Shown: positions 18,720 to 27,665 of the stretch, piece by piece | Layout: each line of letters opens with the position of its first letter | Numbering within the stretch: position 1 is the first letter of the stretch | Source of the DNA: Chitinophagales bacterium 33-2 | GTDB taxonomy: Bacteria; Bacteroidota; Bacteroidia; Chitinophagales; Chitinophagaceae | NCBI GenBank assembly: GCA_002050435.1 | Contig: MWYV01000030.1 | Span: 17,446 to 81,445 of the forward strand | Direction: 5' to 3' | DNA length: 64,000 bases | Notes under the pieces: model-generated | Databases searched by the model: none | What the model was told of the DNA's origin: nothing | What the model saw: only the letters and a program-made list of their open reading frames with translations | Translations under genes and position numbers: made by a program

Positions 18720-19595
18720 TTATGCGCCCAGGTAGCTGCGTAATAAATTAGATTTTTGCTGAGACCTGAGTTTGGTGATGGCCTTATCTTTTATCTGGCG
18801 TACCCTTTCCCGCGTCAGATTGAACCTTTCTCCAATATCTTCCAGGCTCAGAGGATGATCTACACCGATTCCGAAAAAATAACAGATCACTTCTTTCTGC
18901 CTTTCTGTAAGCGTTTGTAGTGAACGGTCAATCTCCGTTTTTAATGACTGGTGATGATCAAGTGCCGCATCGGTTTTTTCTGCATTCGTGTTGACAAGTA
19001 CATCAAGTAAAGTACTTTCCTCTCCTTCCGACAAAGGAGTATCCACACTTACATGTCTTACATTGATACCTAAAGTGGCGGTAACTTCCTCCAGGTCCAT
19101 GTTCAGCAGTTCTGCAAGTTCTTCGGCAGAAGGTTCTCTTTCAAACTCCTGCTCAAGCTGCGAAAATGCTTTCTGGATCCTGTTGGTCAAACCCACCTTG
19201 TTTAAAGGCAAACGAACGATTCTTGCCTGTTCCGCAAGTGCCTGTAAAATCGACTGCCTGATCCACCACACAGCATAAGAAATGAATTTAAAACCCTTGG
19301 TCTCATCAAATCTTTGTGCTGCTTTGATCAAACCCAGGTTGCCTTCATTAATCAGATCTGGTAAGGAAAGGCCCTGATTCTGGTACTGCTTTGCAACAGA
19401 AACTACAAATCGAAGATTGGCTTTTGTAAGTCGGTCGAGTGCTTTTTGGTCGCCTTGTTTGATTAAACGGGCTAACCTGACTTCTTCTTCCGGGGTAATT
19501 AACTCTACTTTCCCTATTTCCTGTAGGTACTTTTCGAGACTTTGAGATTCACGATTGGTAATAGATTTCGTGATCTTCAATTGACGCATGCTCAT
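18720..19595 (-). CDS. rpoD: primary RNA polymerase sigma factor (Bacteroidota sigma-A type, 291 aa)
   Basis: Region 2 ([13 protein letters not shown]) and region 4 ([25 protein letters not shown]). Confidence 0.9.
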   Translation of the reverse strand: MSMRQLKITKSITNRESQSLEKYLQEIGKVELITPEEEVRLARLIKQGDQKALDRLTKANLRFVVSVAKQYQNQGLSLPDLINEGNLGLIKAAQRFDETKGFKFISYAVWWIRQSILQALAEQARIVRLPLNKVGLTNRIQKAFSQLEQEFEREPSAEELAELLNMDLEEVTATLGINVRHVSVDTPLSEGEESTLLDVLVNTNAEKTDAALDHHQSLKTEIDRSLQTLTERQKEVICYFFGIGVDHPLSLEDIGERFNLTRERVRQIKDKAITKLRSQQKSNLLRSYLGA

Positions 19596-19877
19596 AGGAT
19601 TGGTTTTTAATAGATGGTTATTTTAAAGACAATGGTTTAAAATTAGTTTTGGTAAATCCCAAAATATCCATCACAGTTCTGGTTTCTCACCGTCAGCTTC
19701 AGCTGAACGATAAATCCAAATTAACAAAAAGGACTATATGAAAAAATTTTTTTTTCAAAAATTTATGATTTTTCATAAAAAATACATGGTTCCCGCTTTA
19801 AAATGGGTGTAAAAAAACTTTGAAAGAATGAATATTTTTCTATTATTGCAGCAATTGATACTGATTAACGGTTTAAG

Positions 19878-20258
19878 ATGAGCAAAAAACAACTTTATAC
19901 GCTTGAATATCCTGTGAGGTGTTCTCCATCCATTCTTTATGAATTTCTTTCTACTTCCTCAGGGCTTCAGGAATGGTTTGCTGATAAAGTGGATGATCAG
20001 GATGGAACCTTTTATTTTTCATGGAATGGATCGCAGGATACTGCCGAAGTTTTAGATAGTGAAGAAGATAAATATATCAGGTTTCATTGGTCACACGCCC
20101 CAAAAGAAGAATATTTTGAGTTCAGTATCGAAAAATCAGAAGTCACCAACCAAACCATCCTTCTTATAAAAGATTTTGCTGAGAAAAAAGAAATAAAGGA
20201 CCAGAGCATGCTTTGGGACCACCAGGTAAAGGAACTTTTCCACCGTTTAGGTAATTAA
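19878..20258 (+). CDS. START/SRPBCC-like domain protein
   Basis: 126 aa; LQEWFADKVD...FYFSWNG resembles AHSA1/START-like proteins common in Bacteroidota. Confidence 0.55.
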   Translation: MSKKQLYTLEYPVRCSPSILYEFLSTSSGLQEWFADKVDDQDGTFYFSWNGSQDTAEVLDSEEDKYIRFHWSHAPKEEYFEFSIEKSEVTNQTILLIKDFAEKKEIKDQSMLWDHQVKELFHRLGN

Positions 20259-20858
20259 TTGATTCAACCGCTTCCAACGCTCAAATAATTGAATTGCTGC
20301 AGTTTCCCAGTCATGCAAGGGAAATTTAGCAGCAATTTTTATAAATGGTTTTTCCTCCACTATTGTTTTAAAAATCGGGGTATCGGTGTCTTTGATCATC
20401 CTGTAATGCATTGCATCAAAATGGTGCACCCACTGGTCTTCACCTGTACTTACGTAATAGTTTTCCAGGGATATTTCAGGATAAGCATGTATGATGTTGC
20501 GCTGATGTGCATCTTTAAAACGGCCGCTGACATGCAGCGTGCTGCTGAAGAAATTGCCCCACCAAAACATGGTCCTTATAAAACAGATCGCACCTTCATC
20601 TGCTATTCTCGGGTAGTCAAGAATTACATAAGGAAGGCCTTCATAATTTTCGCCTTTCGATATTTTCGGTGCCACTGAAAAATTTATATGCGATGAAAAT
20701 TCGGAAACTTCGAGCATTTGTTCCTGAAGGCTTTCCAGCAATTGAATGGCTTTTAACATAATCCTATTTTTTGTTAAGATCAATTCAGCATTGCAAACCA
20801 TTTCCAACTCAGATGGCGAAAGCCTTATTTTTGTTTCTTCCATTCTTAAAGTTATCAT
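20247..20858 (-). CDS. hypothetical protein
   Basis: 203-aa ORF with plausible composition (alternative ATG at 20843). No family recognised. Confidence 0.5.
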   Translation of the reverse strand: MITLRMEETKIRLSPSELEMVCNAELILTKNRIMLKAIQLLESLQEQMLEVSEFSSHINFSVAPKISKGENYEGLPYVILDYPRIADEGAICFIRTMFWWGNFFSSTLHVSGRFKDAHQRNIIHAYPEISLENYYVSTGEDQWVHHFDAMHYRMIKDTDTPIFKTIVEEKPFIKIAAKFPLHDWETAAIQLFERWKRLNQLIT

Positions 20859-20873
20859 TAAAGGGCTGCGTCC

Positions 20874-22304
20874 GTGTTCAAAAAATTAGACAAACTTGTG
20901 ATCAGGTCTTTCATAGGCCCTTTTATTGCCACCTTTTTTGTTACGGTGCTGGTGCTGGTTATGCAATTTTTTTGGCTTTACATTGATGATTTTGTGGGGA
21001 AAGGTTTAAGTGTTGGTGTGATCATGGAATTTATATGGTACCAGAGTGCGGTACTGGTACCGCTTGCCCTTCCACTTGCAGTGCTGCTTTCTTCATTGAT
21101 GACATTTGGAAACCTGGGTGAAACTTATGAACTCATAGCCATCAAATCAGCTGGCATTTCACTACTGCGCTTCATGCGACCCTTATTTTTTGTAACTCTT
21201 GTTATATGCGGAATTGCTTTTCTTTTTTCAAACAACATCATTCCTGTTGCCAACCTTAAATCGCGAACCCTCCTTGCAGATATTGTGTATGCAAAACCAT
21301 CTTTTGATTTGAAAGAAGGCGTGTTTTATGATAAACTGAATGGTTTTGCCATCAAAATTGGAAAAAAAGAGGAAAACGACAGCGTGATCAAAGACATCAT
21401 CATTTACGAAACCAATAACAGTTACCAGGATAATTTCATTGTAGCAAGAGATGGGATCATGCGGATATCTGAAAACAAAAGATTCATGGAATTTGTTTTG
21501 AGAGATGGATGGAGGTATGAAGAGCGGGGAAATGCAGCTTCACAGTCAACAGATTTTATCAGGCTGGGTTTTAAAGAGTATAAAAGACAGTTCGATCTCA
21601 GTTCTTTCGGGTTACAGCAAAGAACCGCAGATAGTGTAAATAAAAACAATGCTAGAATGCTCAGTATGCGCCAACTGAACATTGCCATTGATTCCATGCA
21701 ACGAGCTGCATTATTGGTGAACGGACAAACGGCATCTGAAATGATGAGTAGCCTTCATTTTACAAAATACCTCGATAGTGCCTGGACTTCTTCCGGATCA
21801 AATGCAGCTATAAAAAATTTCGATGCAGCCATTCCCGATTCATTGCAACATACCATCAATCAGGTTGTGAACAATAAATTAATGTCCTTAAAGATCAGCA
21901 ACGATATTGCTGTTTCCCAATACAGGGAAAGACTTCGGGATCTGAGACTGCACCAGATTGAATGGCACAGGAAGATCGCCTTATCGGTCGCCTGTCTTGT
22001 ACTTTTTCTTATAGGAGCACCTCTTGGTTCCATAATTAGAAAAGGTGGTTTGGGTAGTCCCCTCGTATTTGCAATTCTGTTCTTTATGTTATTTTACTTT
22101 ACGGGTACTACAGGAGAGAAGTTTTCTAAGGAAGGCACTCTTCAGCCTATTGTGGGTATGTGGATGTCAACAATTTTCCTGGTGCCCGTTGGTGTCTTTC
22201 TAACGTACAAAGCTATGCGTGATTCGCAACTCTTCAATAGGGATGCTTATATAAAACTAATAAGGAAATTTAAAGCTGTGCCTGGTCGTAAGCCCGGAGG
22301 TTAA
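20874..22304 (+). CDS. LptF/LptG (YjgP/YjgQ) family LPS export permease
   Basis: GTG start. N-terminus FKKLDKLVIRSFIGPF, six TM segments and a central periplasmic domain. Confidence 0.8.
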   Translation: MFKKLDKLVIRSFIGPFIATFFVTVLVLVMQFFWLYIDDFVGKGLSVGVIMEFIWYQSAVLVPLALPLAVLLSSLMTFGNLGETYELIAIKSAGISLLRFMRPLFFVTLVICGIAFLFSNNIIPVANLKSRTLLADIVYAKPSFDLKEGVFYDKLNGFAIKIGKKEENDSVIKDIIIYETNNSYQDNFIVARDGIMRISENKRFMEFVLRDGWRYEERGNAASQSTDFIRLGFKEYKRQFDLSSFGLQQRTADSVNKNNARMLSMRQLNIAIDSMQRAALLVNGQTASEMMSSLHFTKYLDSAWTSSGSNAAIKNFDAAIPDSLQHTINQVVNNKLMSLKISNDIAVSQYRERLRDLRLHQIEWHRKIALSVACLVLFLIGAPLGSIIRKGGLGSPLVFAILFFMLFYFTGTTGEKFSKEGTLQPIVGMWMSTIFLVPVGVFLTYKAMRDSQLFNRDAYIKLIRKFKAVPGRKPGG

Positions 22305-22329
22305 TCCTAACTTTCAAAAAATTTTTTCT

Positions 22330-23064
22330 ATGGCGCCAACATCAAGAAGAAACTTTATTGGTATAACAGGAAAGGCAGGATTTGCACTGTGTTTCGGATC
22401 CTCCTTGCTTAAAGCATGTACAGCAACGTCTCGTATCAGGTCTTCAAAATTTACAACAGGTTTTGAACAGAAACCTTTGCCTTACGCTTACAATGCATTG
22501 ACTGAAGCCATCGATGCACAAACGATGGAGATCCATTATTCCAAACATGCTGCATCCTATGCATCCAATTTACGTGATGCCGCTGGTGCAGAAGGAGTGG
22601 ATATGTCAAAACCACTTGAAGATGTTCTGGAAAAGGTCTCTAAATATTCTTCAAAGATGCGCAACAACGCAGGTGGACATTATAATCATGAATTGTTCTG
22701 GAATGCCATGTCGCCCTCCGGGAACAATCTATCCGGAACATTGGCTACAGCAATAACAGCAAGCTTTGGATCTTTTGATGCTTTTAAGAACCAGTTTGAA
22801 GAAGCTGCGAAAACAAGATTTGGAAGCGGGTGGGCCTGGCTGATCGTCAACAGGGATAAAAGACTGCAAATTACTTCAACACCTAACCAGGACAATCCTT
22901 TAATGGATGTGGCTGAATTAAAAGGTTACCCATTACTTGGGCTGGATGTTTGGGAACATGCATATTATTTACGCTACCAGAACCGCAGGCCGGAATACAT
23001 CACCAACTGGTGGAAAGTGGTGAACTGGAATGCCGTAAGGGATCGGTATGATTCAATAGCATAA
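22330..23064 (+). CDS. Fe/Mn superoxide dismutase with twin-arginine (Tat) signal
   Basis: N-terminal SRRNFIG plus a hydrophobic stretch ending LLKAC, then the SOD core (LPYAYNALTEAIDAQTMEIHYSKH...DVWEHAYYL). Confidence 0.9.
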   Translation: MAPTSRRNFIGITGKAGFALCFGSSLLKACTATSRIRSSKFTTGFEQKPLPYAYNALTEAIDAQTMEIHYSKHAASYASNLRDAAGAEGVDMSKPLEDVLEKVSKYSSKMRNNAGGHYNHELFWNAMSPSGNNLSGTLATAITASFGSFDAFKNQFEEAAKTRFGSGWAWLIVNRDKRLQITSTPNQDNPLMDVAELKGYPLLGLDVWEHAYYLRYQNRRPEYITNWWKVVNWNAVRDRYDSIA

Positions 23065-23082
23065 ATTGCAGAAAAATCATAA

Positions 23083-24087
23083 TTGATCGGTCAGCAGAAA
23101 GAAATTGACAATTTGAAATTGCAGCGATGGATTGCTGTTGCTTCCTCAGTGTTGTTGATCGCAAAATTCATTGCTTACTTCTTAACCAATTCGGTTGCTG
23201 TATTAACCGATGCACTTGAAAGTATTGTAAATGTAGTGGCGGGTTTTATCGGTCTTTATAGTTTATATGTTGCAGCAAAACCTCGCGATAAAGACCATCC
23301 CTACGGCCATGGAAAAGCAGAATTTATTTCAGCAGCAGTTGAAGGTACCCTTGTACTTTCTGCAGGTTTGCTGATCATCTATTCTGCCATTGCTAACCTG
23401 CTCTTTCCTCAGCCAATACAAAAAATACAAACCGGTATCTATTTAATTGCTGCTTCAGCAGTAGTTAACTGGATGCTAGGTTATATTTCCCTGAGGCAGG
23501 GCAAAAAAAATAATTCACTGGCCCTGATCGCCAGCGGCAAACACCTTCAAACAGATACCTATTCCACCATCGCCATCATTATTGGTTTGCTGATCATCTC
23601 TTTTACCGGTTGGTTATGGATCGACAGCCTGGTTGCCCTCATTTTTGGAGTGTACATCATCTTTACCGGTTATAAAATCATCAGGGCATCTCTTGCCGGA
23701 ATCATGGACGAAGCAGATATGATCCTGCTGAATAAAATGGTAAACCTTATTGATAAAAACAGGCGTGAAAACTGGGTGGACCTCCACAACCTACGGGTAA
23801 TCAAGTACGGCAATGTATTGCATGTTGATTGTCATCTTACAGTACCTTGGTATTTTAATGTAAACCAGGCGCACAGTGAAGTGGATGAACTGGCTAAACT
23901 GATCAGGGCCGAGTATGGTGAAACGCTTGAACTCTTTGTACACGGCGATGGTTGCATGTACTTTCAGTGCCATATCTGCAGTAAACAGGATTGCCCTGTA
24001 CGCCAGCATGAATTGAAACAACGCGTTCCATGGACGGTAGATAATATTTTACAAAACGAAAAACATAGTTTAAAGAATACAAAATGA
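23083..24087 (+). CDS. cation diffusion facilitator (CDF) family transporter
   Basis: TTG start. TM2 LTDALES, HPYGHGKAE and HLQTD motifs. C-terminal Cys/His cluster. Confidence 0.85.
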   Translation: MIGQQKEIDNLKLQRWIAVASSVLLIAKFIAYFLTNSVAVLTDALESIVNVVAGFIGLYSLYVAAKPRDKDHPYGHGKAEFISAAVEGTLVLSAGLLIIYSAIANLLFPQPIQKIQTGIYLIAASAVVNWMLGYISLRQGKKNNSLALIASGKHLQTDTYSTIAIIIGLLIISFTGWLWIDSLVALIFGVYIIFTGYKIIRASLAGIMDEADMILLNKMVNLIDKNRRENWVDLHNLRVIKYGNVLHVDCHLTVPWYFNVNQAHSEVDELAKLIRAEYGETLELFVHGDGCMYFQCHICSKQDCPVRQHELKQRVPWTVDNILQNEKHSLKNTK

Positions 24088-24470
24088 AAACAACAACTAC
24101 ATGGAAGTCCGGCCAGGCTTATGACAGCTTTCAATCTGGTGCAAAGATTGAGATAGATTCAAAGAATGGGTTTGGCCCTAAAGCCTTATTGTTATCCGGA
24201 CTTGCAGGGTGCAGTGGTATTGATGTTGTGGAGATACTTGAAAAAATGCGCGTGCCATTTTCCGGACTTTCTATAGATGCGGAAGCGGAACAAACTGAAG
24301 ACCTGCCCAAAGTATTTAAAACCATTCACCTCACTTTTCATGTTAAGGTTGATAAAGATCAGGAAGATAAAGTGAGAAAAGCAATAGATTTGTCTCTCGA
24401 AAAATATTGCGGGGTTGCTGCTATGTTAAGAAAGAATTCATCTATTGAATACACCCTGAAGATTGAATGA
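24084..24470 (+). CDS. OsmC-family peroxiredoxin-like protein
   Basis: 128 aa with two conserved Cys (LAGCSGID, EKYCGV). ATGA overlap with the CDF stop codon. Confidence 0.8.
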   Translation: MKTTTTWKSGQAYDSFQSGAKIEIDSKNGFGPKALLLSGLAGCSGIDVVEILEKMRVPFSGLSIDAEAEQTEDLPKVFKTIHLTFHVKVDKDQEDKVRKAIDLSLEKYCGVAAMLRKNSSIEYTLKIE

Positions 24471-24496
24471 TATCATTAACATTAATAAACATTTTT

Positions 24497-25129
24497 ATGA
24501 GATTAAGACTTGGCGACCAGGCCCCCAACTTCCAGGCGAAAACAACGGAAGGTCCAATTGACTTTTATGAATTTCTCGGCGACAGCTGGGGAATTTTATT
24601 TTCCCATCCAGCCGATTATACGCCTGTTTGTACAACTGAACTTGGTAAAACAGCGTTATTAAAACAAGCATTTGAAAAACGCAATGTAAAAGCGTTGGCA
24701 CTTAGTGTTGATCCTCTTGATAAGCACTTTGGTTGGAAACAGGATATTAATGAAACCCAGAATTGTGAAGTTGATTTCCCGATTATTGCGGATGAAGACA
24801 GAACCATTGCAGGATTGTATGATATGATTCATCCAAATGCTTCAGCTACAGCTACGGTGCGATCACTCTTTGTTATCGGCCCTGATAAAACCATTAAACT
24901 TATGATCACCTACCCTGCATCAACCGGGAGAAATTTCAACGAGGTTTTAAGGGTCATTGATTCATTACAATTAACAGCAAAATTCAGTGTGGCCACACCT
25001 GCCAACTGGGAAAACGGCGAGGATGTAATTGTAGTTCCATCCATATCCACCGAAGACGCTGAAAAAAAATTTCCTAAAGGATTAAACATTGTAAAGCCTT
25101 ATCTGAGGTACACACCCGTTCCTGAATGA
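24497..25129 (+). CDS. 1-Cys peroxiredoxin (Prx6-type)
   Basis: MRLRLGDQAPNF...FSHPADYTPVCTTELG. ATG at 24497 is preferred over the track start at 24467. Confidence 0.9.
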   Translation: MRLRLGDQAPNFQAKTTEGPIDFYEFLGDSWGILFSHPADYTPVCTTELGKTALLKQAFEKRNVKALALSVDPLDKHFGWKQDINETQNCEVDFPIIADEDRTIAGLYDMIHPNASATATVRSLFVIGPDKTIKLMITYPASTGRNFNEVLRVIDSLQLTAKFSVATPANWENGEDVIVVPSISTEDAEKKFPKGLNIVKPYLRYTPVPE

Positions 25130-25131
25130 TT

Positions 25132-25881
25132 TTATTCAGGCATGGACCTTTGATCCGTGCCTGTCTTTATCCACTTACTTAATTGCTGTAAAATCGCTTT
25201 TAAATCTTTGGGAAGCGGTGCTTCAAATCTGTAAGGTTTATTTCCAGGACCCATGAAGCTCAATTCCGAAGCGTGTAATGCAAGCCGGTTCAATACAGGT
25301 CGCTCTTCCTCTTCCTCTTTGGATAATTTATACCTGCTTTTTATTTGAGAAATAAATACAGGTTTTCCCTCACCATAAGAGGCATCACAGGCGATAGGAT
25401 GTCCAAGATGTTTCATATGCACCCTGATCTGGTGTGTTCTCCCGGTATGGATCTGGAAGCGCATCCATGAAAAAATTCTGAATGAATTTTCTACCTGGTA
25501 ATCGGTAATGCTTTCTTTTCCTTTTCGGTGTACCGTCATTAATCCTTTTTTAAATGGATGTTCTGCAATGGGTTCATTTATGGTTCCCGCATCCACCGGA
25601 GGTACACCCAGCACAAGCCCATGGTAAAATTTTTGAGTTTCCCTTTTTTCAAAAAGGAGGGATAGATGCCTGTGCATCTTTTCATTTTTTGCAAACACAA
25701 CGATGCCACTGGTATCACGGTCGAGGCGATGAACCGTATAGATCTCACCATACGTGCGTAAAAGAATTTCTTTTAGTGAATTGCCTTTTCCTTCGCGGTC
25801 CGGAATTGAAAGCAGGCCTGAAGGTTTATTTACAGCAATAAGATCTTCATCTGAATAAATGATCTGTTCTTCTATTTTCAT
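25132..25881 (-). CDS. RluA-family pseudouridine synthase
   Basis: LIAVNKPSGL, HRLDRDTSG and THQIRVH motifs. ATG at 25881 avoids overlap with the upstream gene. Confidence 0.85.
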   Translation of the reverse strand: MKIEEQIIYSDEDLIAVNKPSGLLSIPDREGKGNSLKEILLRTYGEIYTVHRLDRDTSGIVVFAKNEKMHRHLSLLFEKRETQKFYHGLVLGVPPVDAGTINEPIAEHPFKKGLMTVHRKGKESITDYQVENSFRIFSWMRFQIHTGRTHQIRVHMKHLGHPIACDASYGEGKPVFISQIKSRYKLSKEEEEERPVLNRLALHASELSFMGPGNKPYRFEAPLPKDLKAILQQLSKWIKTGTDQRSMPE

Positions 25882-25903
25882 TGCAGCATAATTGGGAAGA
25901 GGA

Positions 25904-26842
25904 TTATTTTTTTCCTTTCTTGAAAAATTTAAGATCACGCACTTCTTTCTCGTTCAGGTAACGCCATTTTCCACGGTTCACATTCTTTTTTGTAAGACCG
26001 GCAAAGCTCACCCTGTCAAGACCTTTGACATCATATTTAAAATGTTCGAAAATTCTTCTTACGATCCGGTTCCTGCCACTGTGTAATTCAACACCGATTT
26101 GTTTTTTATCCTGCGCATCGGTATAGGCCAGTACATCCACTTTTGCAATCCCATCTTCCAGAGGAACGCCTTTTAAAATTTCATCAAAATCTTTTTTGGC
26201 TAATGGTCTGTCTAGCGTTACGGCATAAATTTTCCGGATCTCATTGCTCGGATGGGTAAGCATTTGCGAAAGATCGCCGTCATTTGTCATTAACAAAACA
26301 CCGGAAGTGTTCCTGTCCAGCCTGCCAACCGGGTAAATCCTTTCTGTTGTGGCATGTTTAATAATATCAAGAACGGTTTTTCTTTGTTGCGGATCATCTG
26401 TAGTTGTAATATAGTCCTTGGGCTTGTTGATCAGAATGTATACGAGTTCTATAACTGGCGTAATCTTTTTTCCGGAAACAGTTACACTGTCATTTGGAGC
26501 AATTTTAAAACCTGGTTCCGAAATGATTTCATTATTCACACGCACTTTTCCTCCCTTCACCAGTTCCACGGCATCTCTCCTGGAGCAGAGCCCGCAATGG
26601 GCAATGTATTTGTTCAAAGGCATGGAAGACGTGTCTGCCTTTTTTAGGATGGAAGGTCTTCCTGTTGGCGTTTTACCATTTGTGCCCGAAGAAGGAGGAC
26701 CCTGGGCGGCGCGTTTTTTAGCCTGGAATTTTTCTGTGAGTTCTTTTTTAAATTTCCTTTTCTCCTGCTTAAAATGTTCTTTTTTGGCTGCCCCTTTCTT
26801 CTCGGTGGACATGAATTTTTCAAATCCCGCTCGTTTTTTCAT
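25904..26842 (-). CDS. rluB: RsuA/RluB-family pseudouridine synthase with S4 domain and Lys-rich N-terminal extension
   Basis: S4 domain (LNKYIAHCGLCSRRDA), catalytic GRLDRNTSG. Confidence 0.8.
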   Translation of the reverse strand: MKKRAGFEKFMSTEKKGAAKKEHFKQEKRKFKKELTEKFQAKKRAAQGPPSSGTNGKTPTGRPSILKKADTSSMPLNKYIAHCGLCSRRDAVELVKGGKVRVNNEIISEPGFKIAPNDSVTVSGKKITPVIELVYILINKPKDYITTTDDPQQRKTVLDIIKHATTERIYPVGRLDRNTSGVLLMTNDGDLSQMLTHPSNEIRKIYAVTLDRPLAKKDFDEILKGVPLEDGIAKVDVLAYTDAQDKKQIGVELHSGRNRIVRRIFEHFKYDVKGLDRVSFAGLTKKNVNRGKWRYLNEKEVRDLKFFKKGKK

Positions 26843-26853
26843 TTGACAAAATT

Positions 26854-26883
26854 AAAAAAGACTGTGGCAACACAGTCTTTTTC
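26854..26883 (-). terminator. rho-independent terminator (bidirectional shape)
   Basis: A5-AGACTGTG-GCAA-CACAGTCT-T5. Confidence 0.6.
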
Positions 26884-26906
26884 TTTATGGAAGATAATGG
26901 CTTGCC

Positions 26907-27554
26907 TTATTTAGTGTTCCTGTTTTGCTTTTGAGCACCCTTTTTTTTCCTGCTTTCCATTTTTTGGATCTGCTCCTGTGTAAGAATCGATTTCATCTGT
27001 TCTTTCTGAGCATTTTTCAGTGATTCCATCTCTGCTTTTTTCTGCTCCTGGCTTAATGCCTGGTTATTTCGAATGCCTTCATGTTTTGCTTTAAAATCTG
27101 AACGCAATTGCTGCATTTTTTGCTGTTGATCCTGGGTAAGATTCAAGTCCTGATGAAAATTTCCCGCACGGGCCTTGCCCTGGCTTCCATTTTTTCTGAA
27201 ATTTCCGGTGGCTTTTCTTTCTTCTATCATTTTCTGAGCCTGTAGCTTTTGTTCGGGTGTAAGTACTGCCTCAGCTTGGGACTTGTATTTTTTGTGGAGT
27301 TCAGCTCTTTGAGCTTTTTGCTGGTCTGCCGTTAAAGAACTGTTGCTTTTAAGCGCCTGCAATTCTGTTTTGTGTCTTTCACGGATGGCCTGTAATTGGG
27401 TTTTTTGTTCTGCCGACAGGTTTAATTTTTCATAAGATCCGCCGCGCATTTTGTTTTCCTTATTGCCTTTTTTATGTGCTTTTTCAGCAGTTTGTGCTTG
27501 TGCAGTTCCTATCGATAAGGCAAGGATCAGCGCACTTGTAATAATTTTTTTCAT
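26907..27554 (-). CDS. secreted LTXXQ-motif repeat protein (Spy/CpxP-like)
   Basis: Signal peptide (ALSIGTAQAQ). Six L[ST]xxQ motifs (LSAEQ, LTADQ, LTPEQ, LTQDQ, LSQEQ, LTQEQ) in a Lys/Gln/Glu-rich helical sequence. Confidence 0.6.
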   Translation of the reverse strand: MKKIITSALILALSIGTAQAQTAEKAHKKGNKENKMRGGSYEKLNLSAEQKTQLQAIRERHKTELQALKSNSSLTADQQKAQRAELHKKYKSQAEAVLTPEQKLQAQKMIEERKATGNFRKNGSQGKARAGNFHQDLNLTQDQQQKMQQLRSDFKAKHEGIRNNQALSQEQKKAEMESLKNAQKEQMKSILTQEQIQKMESRKKKGAQKQNRNTK

Positions 27555-27665
27555 AGCTTTTTTTCGTTTTTTAAATTGATGGTATACAGACGGAACCTTA
27601 CAACAGGAGTTTAATGCGGGGGCGTTTATTTAGGTTAATTACCGTTAAGAGGTAAATGATCTGGA

